Positions 26,990-34,600 of a stretch of 52,683 nucleotides of DNA are shown here, piece by piece. The notes under the pieces are model-generated. The model was given only the letters and a program-made list of their open reading frames with translations. It made no database searches and was not told the DNA's origin. Origin of the DNA: Ichthyobacteriaceae bacterium. Lineage in GTDB: Bacteria > Bacteroidota > Bacteroidia > Flavobacteriales > JADGDT01. The translations under genes and the position numbers were made by a program. The number at the start of each line of letters is the position of its first letter. Positions within the stretch are counted from its first letter, which is position 1. The stretch is from the NCBI GenBank assembly GCA_023145615.1, contig JAGLDK010000032.1, positions 1 to 52,683 of the forward strand. Reading direction: 5' to 3'.

Positions 26990-28169
26990 TATTAAGTTTT
27001 AAAATACTACTTAGTACATCACTATTTTCTATTCTACTAATTGCTTCTTCTATTTTATCGGAACTTGAACAAAGAGAAATACGTAAAAAATTATTTCCAT
27101 TCGATCCAAATATCATACCTGGAGTTATAAAAACATTAGCTTCCTTTAAAATAATATTTGAAACATCAAGTGCCTTAGCGTTGTTTGGTAACTTAGCCCA
27201 AACAAACATTCCAACTTCGTGTTTGCGATATTCGCATCCTAAAACATTAAATAACCTTTGTGCTACTTTTTTTCTTTCAGCGTAAAGGTTACTCATTTTT
27301 TTGTACCACGATGCATCAAGATCTAATGCCGCCGCAGCTCCTTCCTGTACAGGTAAAAACATACCGCTATCCATATTACTTTTAACTCTAAGTATTTTTG
27401 TAATATAATACTCATGCCCAATAACCATACCAACACGCCATCCAGCCATGTTAAAAGTTTTGCTTAACGAGTTTAATTCAATAGCAACTTCTCTGGCATC
27501 AGGAACCTGCATTATCGACATCGGAAATTTATTCATTACATAACTGTACGGATTATCGTTTACAATTAATATGTTATGTTTTTTTCCAAAAGCTACTAAA
27601 TCTCTAAATAAACGTATCGAAGCATCAGCTCCAGTAGGCATATTTGGGTAATTAACCCACATTATTTTAATCTTTGTTAAGTCTAGTTTTTCTAATTCTT
27701 CAAAATTAGGATACCAACCTCTTTTTTCTTCAAGATTGTAAGTGTAAATTTTAGCTTGCAACAAATCGCTTACCGATTTGTAAGTTGGATATCCTGGATT
27801 TGGAACTAAAACACCATCGCCTGGATTTAAAAATGCCATTGAAATATGCATTATTCCTTCCTTCGACCCCATAAGAGGTAAAAGCTCACTTTTATAATTT
27901 ACCTCAACAGCATAAGTTTTTTTATACCAATTGGCAATTGCTTTTCTGAATTTGTCAACACCTTTGTAACCCTGATATCCATGAGATTCGGGTAAAAGCA
28001 ACGATTTACTTGCTGCTTCTAAAACCCTTGGATGTGGAGGCGTATCCGGACTACCAATACCCAAGTTTATTACATCCTTGCCAGCTTCATTCATCGACTT
28101 AATTTGTGCAAGTTTTATCGAAAAATAATATTCCTTTACTTCGCCTAGTCTTTTTGCTGCTGAAATCAT
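26982..28169 (-). CDS. Class I/II PLP-dependent aminotransferase (likely serving Phe/Tyr synthesis, by context)
   Basis: INLGIGSPD, GSKEG, PNPGYPTY, NYPNMPTG, NDNPY and SLSKTFNMAGWRVG. Confidence 0.9.
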   Translation of the reverse strand: MISAAKRLGEVKEYYFSIKLAQIKSMNEAGKDVINLGIGSPDTPPHPRVLEAASKSLLLPESHGYQGYKGVDKFRKAIANWYKKTYAVEVNYKSELLPLMGSKEGIMHISMAFLNPGDGVLVPNPGYPTYKSVSDLLQAKIYTYNLEEKRGWYPNFEELEKLDLTKIKIMWVNYPNMPTGADASIRLFRDLVAFGKKHNILIVNDNPYSYVMNKFPMSIMQVPDAREVAIELNSLSKTFNMAGWRVGMVIGHEYYITKILRVKSNMDSGMFLPVQEGAAAALDLDASWYKKMSNLYAERKKVAQRLFNVLGCEYRKHEVGMFVWAKLPNNAKALDVSNIILKEANVFITPGMIFGSNGNNFLRISLCSSSDKIEEAISRIENSDVLSSILKLNNE

Positions 28170-28179
28170 ATTAGTAGTT

Positions 28180-29058
28180 TTATTTTTTTATTTCTTCCGA
28201 ACGCATTGCATCTCTATTAATGTGTTCCATTTTCCATTCTTTATAAACCCCTAAAACTTCAACCTTTTCGGCCTGATGTTTCATAATTTCCATAACCGAT
28301 TTAAAAGTATCGTAAGTAGGAAATTCAAGATCAACAAAGAAATTATACTGCCACGGTTTTTCCATAATTGGCATCGATTGAATTTTTGTTAAATTCATTC
28401 CATGTATCGAAAATATAGATAATACCTTAGCCAAACTACCTTTTTCATGACTTAACACAATTCTCATTGATGCCTTGTTAATTTCGGGGTTTGCTGTATA
28501 ATTATGCTTGTGCGTTCCTATTATAAAAAAACGAGTATAATTGTTTTTTATAGTTTGTATGTTGGTTTTTATTGCTTCAAGACCATAAATTTCTCCAGCA
28601 ATTTCTCCAGCAATTGCACCAACATCTTTCAAATTTTTATCTGCAACTTTTTTTGCCGACGATGCAGTGTCAGTTTCCTCAACAAGTTTAATGTGTGGAT
28701 ACTGTTCGAAAAACTGTTCGCTTTGCAAAATAGCCATTGGATGAGAATGAACCTCTTTTAAATCTTCAATAGTTTGCCCTTTATTTACAAGTAAACTATG
28801 CTCAATAGGAATGTAAATTTCTCCTTGTATACATTGCCCTTTTTGTCCAAGTAACTTGTAATTTTGAAGCAACGATCCAGCAATTGAATTTTCAATAGCC
28901 ATTACTCCATACTGTGCAGTACCATTTGTTATATGTTGAGGAATTTCCTTAAAATTTTCGCATTGAACCAAATCAACTTCTTCTCCAAAAAACATACGTG
29001 CTGCTTGGTGGTGATAACTTCCTTTAATTCCCTGAATTGCTACTTTTTTCTTTTCCAT
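28180..29058 (-). CDS. pheA: Prephenate dehydratase with ACT domain
   Basis: AIQGIKGSYH, AIENSIAGS, SHPMAILQ, NYTRF and NLTKIQSMP. Confidence 0.94.
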   Translation of the reverse strand: MEKKKVAIQGIKGSYHHQAARMFFGEEVDLVQCENFKEIPQHITNGTAQYGVMAIENSIAGSLLQNYKLLGQKGQCIQGEIYIPIEHSLLVNKGQTIEDLKEVHSHPMAILQSEQFFEQYPHIKLVEETDTASSAKKVADKNLKDVGAIAGEIAGEIYGLEAIKTNIQTIKNNYTRFFIIGTHKHNYTANPEINKASMRIVLSHEKGSLAKVLSIFSIHGMNLTKIQSMPIMEKPWQYNFFVDLEFPTYDTFKSVMEIMKHQAEKVEVLGVYKEWKMEHINRDAMRSEEIKK

Positions 29059-29077
29059 TACTCTCTCTCATTCAATC

Positions 29078-29113
29078 AAAAAAATCCCGCTTCAAAAATT
29101 TTGAGCGGGATTT
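29078..29113 (-). terminator. Attenuator terminator upstream of pheA
   Basis: Minus strand AAATCCCGCTCAAAATTTTTGAAGCGGGA-T7, ending about 20 nt before the pheA ATG. Confidence 0.85.
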
Positions 29114-29141
29114 AATGTTTATCGTTTTTAACCTTTACATA

Positions 29142-29216
29142 CTAAATCCCGCTCTTTCTTCCATAGAAGAAAAAGTAAAAGAAATTATTTAAATATGATT
29201 CGGTTAATAAATTCAT
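29142..29216 (-). CDS. Phe/Tyr attenuation leader peptide, 24 aa MNLLTESYLNNFFYFFFYGRKSGI
   Basis: Translated by hand. Seven consecutive Phe/Tyr codons. Its 3' end GAGCGGGATTTA is complementary to the terminator 5' arm. Confidence 0.88.
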   Translation of the reverse strand: MNLLTESYLNNFFYFFFYGRKSGI

Positions 29217-29240
29217 CTGTTTCGTTTTTTATTACTTCGA

Positions 29241-29270
29241 CAAAAGTAAAAATATTTTCGAGACTACAAA
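29241..29270 (-). promoter_or_regulatory. sigma-A promoter of the leader-pheA operon
   Basis: Minus strand TTTG (29270-29267), N18, TACTTTTG (29248-29241), 24 nt before the leader ATG. Confidence 0.7.
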
Positions 29271-29853
29271 TATTATTTTCAAATATTTTAAATCAATTGT
29301 TGTTGCAGTTTGCAGTAGTAAAATCAACTTTAACTAACACTATTTGTGTAAAATTCATTATTATACTTCATATTAGTTATTGTTGGGCTGTAGTAACTTG
29401 TAGTAAGCTTACATTTTAGAATAAAAACATAATTTTTATAAATACAAATTATCGGTGTATTTATAATGTATATATCGTTTTTAGGCTGAATTTACTTGTT
29501 GTATATCGAATTTAGTAGGGTTGTTAAAATAAGTAATGGTCAAATTTTAATTATCAATAGTTAATTATCTAAAACCTCATGGGTTATAAAACTATGTACA
29601 CAAATAATTCTGTTATATCTCTTACATGATTATTTAAATGTATTAAACACCAATTTATTTATCACATTTTTTGTAAAACATCTATTAATTATTGTTGTAT
29701 GATTTGATGTTTGTTGCTTATGTTTTTATTGTTTCTGAAGTTGTTAATTGTTTTACGGGCTTTATATCAGTAGTTTATCAAAAAAAACTCTTATATTTCT
29801 TATAGTAAAACTAAGCGTATTAAGCTAATTAACCCAAATAAGAAACCTTTAAT

Positions 29854-31359
29854 ATGAAAAACAACAACAAATCTCCAAAACCATTTGATTGCAACTACGA
29901 TCCACAATTTGCTCTTTTATTAGATAAACTTGGTATTTCGCTTGCAATAAGTACTTATCAGGCTGGTAAAATAGTTTTTTTAAGTTCGGTTAACGAGGAT
30001 AAATTAGTACAACTTCCAAGAAATTACAAAACTGCAATGGGAATGGCTTCTGCCGATAATAAACTTGCCATTGCTGCTGAAAATAAAGTAACCGTTTTGC
30101 ATAACCGCCCTGAATTAGCAGAAAATTATGCTGCTGGTAATAATAAATACGATGGAATTTACATTCCTACTGCAACATATAATACAGGAGGTATTGATTT
30201 GCACGACATGGAATTTATAGACGATAAGCTTGTTGCTGTAAATACTAAATATTCGTGCTTATCGTATATTGATGATAATTATAGTTTTACTCCGTTTTGG
30301 CAACCACCTTTTATTACCGGTATGGTGCCCGAAGATAGATGCCATTTAAATGGAATGGCTGTTGAAAATAACGAAATAAAGTATGTTACTGCCTTAGGAA
30401 AAGGAAATACCGAAATGCAGTGGAGAGAAGATAAAATGAATAGCGGTATTTTAATGGAATATCCATCGGGTAAAATTATTATTGATGGCTTAAGTATGCC
30501 ACATTCTCCACGAATTTACAATGGTAAATTATATGTGTTAAACTCGGCTAAAGGAGAACTTATTTGTGTTGATACCGAAAAACAAACTTACGAGGTTGTT
30601 GTTAAATTAGGTGGTTTTGCACGAGGAATGTCTCAACACGGAGATTATTTATTTATAGGAGTATCTAAACTACGACATAATAGTGCTGTTTTTAGTGATT
30701 TAGAAATTGCTAAAACATCGTTTGCCGGAGTTGTTGCAGTTTATTTACCATATAATAGTATTGCCGGACGTTTTGAATATGAAATGACAGTTGATGAGAT
30801 TTACGATGTAAAAGTATTATCAAACTCAACACGACCTTCAATTTTATCTCCCGAAATGGTTGATGATAATTTAAATATTACCTATCCTGGAGGTGCTTTG
30901 TGGCAAAACAAAGAAGAAGGTTCTGAAAAATCAGAGAATAAAAATAGTACGGTTAACTCAAAAGATGAAAATGTTGAACCCGAAAAGTTCTCTTTCAAAC
31001 TATTAAGTAATATAGGTATAGATAAATTATTAGCTGATTTTTCTCCACTTATTATACCCGAGTTAAAAAAGAATTTACGAGCAAATACTACATATAATAC
31101 ACTGCATGTTTTGGCAACAATAAATAGCAAAAATCAGGCAGTAGCAATTACGGTTTTCGATGTTGATGAAAATAAAGAAGCCTCTATACTATCGATATTT
31201 GTGCACAATGATATGAGAAATCAAAAAATAGCTAAAAATATGGTGCGTCAGTTCAATATTTTAATAGAACGAAATAATATTAATTCTATTGAATTAAGTA
31301 GTGAATATTCTAATAAAATAGCTGTAAAAATAATGCAGTCTATTTTGGTTACTAACTAA
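29854..31359 (+). CDS. TIGR03032/DUF4915-family protein with C-terminal GNAT-like domain
   Basis: SLAISTYQAGK, TGGIDLHDM, VNTKYSCL, SFTPFWQPPFI..MVPEDRCHLNGMA, GLSMPHSPR and GFARG. Charged linker, then SIFVHNDMRNQKIAKNMV. No signal peptide. Confidence 0.88.
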   Translation: MKNNNKSPKPFDCNYDPQFALLLDKLGISLAISTYQAGKIVFLSSVNEDKLVQLPRNYKTAMGMASADNKLAIAAENKVTVLHNRPELAENYAAGNNKYDGIYIPTATYNTGGIDLHDMEFIDDKLVAVNTKYSCLSYIDDNYSFTPFWQPPFITGMVPEDRCHLNGMAVENNEIKYVTALGKGNTEMQWREDKMNSGILMEYPSGKIIIDGLSMPHSPRIYNGKLYVLNSAKGELICVDTEKQTYEVVVKLGGFARGMSQHGDYLFIGVSKLRHNSAVFSDLEIAKTSFAGVVAVYLPYNSIAGRFEYEMTVDEIYDVKVLSNSTRPSILSPEMVDDNLNITYPGGALWQNKEEGSEKSENKNSTVNSKDENVEPEKFSFKLLSNIGIDKLLADFSPLIIPELKKNLRANTTYNTLHVLATINSKNQAVAITVFDVDENKEASILSIFVHNDMRNQKIAKNMVRQFNILIERNNINSIELSSEYSNKIAVKIMQSILVTN

Positions 31360-31394
31360 AATGTTATGTAAGCAAATATTATATAAAACTTAAA

Positions 31395-31434
31395 AAAAGC
31401 TGAATGATATAGTTAAATATATCATTCGGCTTTT
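31395..31434 (+). terminator. Terminator-like hairpin after the TIGR03032 gene
   Basis: AAAAGCTGAATGATATA-GTTAAA-TATATCATTCGGCTTTT. Confidence 0.65.
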
Positions 31435-31632
31435 ATTGATAATTGAGTATTACTATCAAATTTATTTGGAATTTATTGTGTTTGTTGGTTTACTAAAAAT
31501 AGATGCTTTGTAAGCTAGTACACTTTAAATTTTGTAATAATACTTAAAAACAACTTTATGCTTTATTTGTTACAAAGCATAAATGGTAAAATCTACAACA
31601 GATACTCTAAAATATAAATAACCCAAATTACT

Positions 31633-34600
31633 ATGAAAAAGAAGTATATGTTTTTTTCTGGCGCTAGACGTTGGAATACATTGATTAATAAATTTAATAA
31701 TTTATATAAATCAATAAAGGAGGGAGTTGAAAATGAAGTTAAGCTTCAGCAAAAAATCAACAAACTCCAAGTATTATATACTAGGTTAGAAAAAATGCAG
31801 TACAAAACTGGGTTTCAAATTGCAAGTACTTCTTTGGCGGTTATGTTATCAACTGCATCGGTGTATTCTCAAACTCCAATTGAGTTGTTAAGTGGAGTAA
31901 ATATTCAGCAAGAAATTTCGGAAGGATCTAATACTTTCAATGACATTAATATAGGTAACCATTCGGCACCTGTATTTGTTTTTATTGATGCCGATGAGTA
32001 TGTTGATTTAGTAGTTGGTACGCAAAATGGTTATGTAAAAGTATTTAAAGGAAATGCCGATAATACTTTTAGTACAGGGTATAATTTACAAGCAGGAGGT
32101 GCCGATATTAATGTTGGATCTTTTGCTACTCCAACTTTTACTGATATTAATAACAATGCTAAAGTTGATTTGGTAGTTGGTAATAAAGATGGTAAAATAA
32201 ATGTTTTTAGGCGTGATGCTAATAATAACTTTAATGGAGGTTATTTGTTATCGGCAGGAGGAACAGTTATTGATGTTGGAAATTCATCGGCACCTGCATT
32301 TTCGGATATCGACGAGGATGGGAATGTTGATTTGATTGTTGGCGATCAATACGGATACTTGCAAGTTTTTAAAGGAGGAGCATCAAATACTTTTAATGCC
32401 GGTTATAATTTAGAAGTTAGTGGAAGTGAAGTTTCTGTTAATTCTTATTCGAAACCAACTTTTGCGGATATTGATACCGATGGAAATATTGATTTAATAG
32501 TTGGAGATAAAAGAGGGTATTTAGCTGTTTTTAGAGGTAATGAAGATTTTACATTTGGAGGTTCGTACTTGTTAGAAGTTGATGAAAAAAATGCTGACGT
32601 AGGAGAATATTCATCTCCTGTTTTGGTGGATTTTGATGGCGATGGAGATATTGATTTAATATCGGGAAATGAAGCTGGAAACGTAATTTTATATAAGAGT
32701 GTAGTAGGTCAGTTACCCGAAATTAGTGTTTTAGGAAACGATGTTGAAATAGTTGATGGAGATATTATTTCGAGTTATACTGATAATACATTCTTTGGAA
32801 ATAATGAAACTGAAAACGCATTTAAAGAAAACACCTTTGTTATTAAAAACGAAGGAGATGCAGTATTAGAATTAACCGATTTAGGAACAGGATTTGTTAC
32901 AATTAGCGGAGCAAATGCCGATGACTTTACAGTAGTAACTCAACCCGAAACCGATATTGCAGTTGGTGATGAATCTGTTTTTGTTATAAGTTTTAATCCG
33001 TCAGAAACTGGAGAAAGAAACGCCACTATAACAATAAATAATAACGACTTAAACGAATCGGAATACACTTTTGCTATTCAGGGTGGAGGAACAACTATTA
33101 TGCCTATTGATTTAATGTTGGGTGTTAATATTGAGGCCGAAACTTTAGAAGGGTCTAATGTTTTCGAGATTATTAATGATGAAGAATACCGAATTCCAAC
33201 TTTTGCAGATATTGATGGAGATGGAAATCAGGATTTAATTATTGGAGAATTTGGAGGGTATATAAAGGTGTTTAAGGCAAACGAAAATAACACTTTTAAA
33301 ACTGGCTATAATTTACAATCTAATAATTATGATATTAAAGTAGAATCGGGTGCAGCTGTAACGTTTGCCGATGTTAATGCCGATGAAAGTATTGATGTTA
33401 TTGTTGGAGAAATTGGAGGAACAATTAGAGTATTTGAAAATAAAGGAGATAATACTTTTGATGTGCCATATAATTTGCAAGCAAATGGTGTTGATTTAAG
33501 CATTGAATATGCTAAACCTGTTTTTGAAGATGTTGATGGCGATGGGTTTATTGATTTAGTTGTTGGAGAAAAAGGAGGTGCTATATTAGTTCATACAGGA
33601 AATTCGGATAACACTTTTAATTCGGCATACACTTTACAAGCCGGAGAAAAGGAAATAAAAGTTTCAGGAAATAGTGCTCCAACTTTTGCTGATGTTGATA
33701 ATGATGGGAATAAGGATTTAGTAGTAGGTGCTTTTTTAGGAAATATTACTGTATTTAAAGGAAATGCAAACCATACTTTTGCAAGCGGATATAATTTAAA
33801 AATTGATGATGTTAATATAAATGTTGGTCAATATTCTGCTCCGGTTTTTGTTGATTTCGACAATGATGGAGATATTGATTTAATTTCGGGTAGTAATAAT
33901 GGAAGTGTTAAGTTGTTTAAAAACAAAATGTACACATCGCCTGAAATTAGCATTGTTGCAAAATCGGTTGAAATTATAAATGGAGATAATACTCCAAGTA
34001 TTTCAAATGACACTTATTTTGGAGCAAACGAAATTGAAAGCACTCATATAGATAAGGTTTTTACAATAAGAAATTTAGGAGATACTGAACTTAAATTATC
34101 AGATATAGGAGGGAAGTATGCTAATATTACAGGCGATACCGATGAGTTTGCAATTATTACTCAGCCTAATGCCGTTATTGAACCAGGAACTTCAACAAAC
34201 TTTACAATTAGATTTAATCCAACTTCGGTAGGAAATAAATTTGCCCAAATAATTATTGCTAACAACGATACTGATGAGGCATTATTCTCGTTCGATATAA
34301 AAGGATTAGGAACTAAATCTACACCAATTATACTTCAGCCCGGAGTAAAAGTTAATTACAAAACTACTGCCGAACCAATTACATTCAATAATATTGATAT
34401 AGGTACTTTGTCGGCACCGGCATTTGCCGATATTGATAACGATGGAATTAAAGATTTAGTTATAGGAGGAAAATCAGGGTTTATAAATATTTGTAAAGGA
34501 AACTCGGATGGCGGATTTGCCGAGGCTTATAATTTACAATCGAATGGAGCTGATATAAATGTTGGAATGAATTCTACCCCAACTTTTATTGATGTTGATA

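Noticed and set aside
29195-29419. 74-aa ORF (and 28933-29115) on the plus strand
   Set aside because: Antisense to the pheA leader, promoter and gene start, with no protein-like features.
29450-29508. Three TATCG direct repeats upstream of TIGR03032 (LytTR-like site?)
   Set aside because: Only 5 nt long with uneven spacing (23 and 31 nt), and no cognate regulator is in the window.
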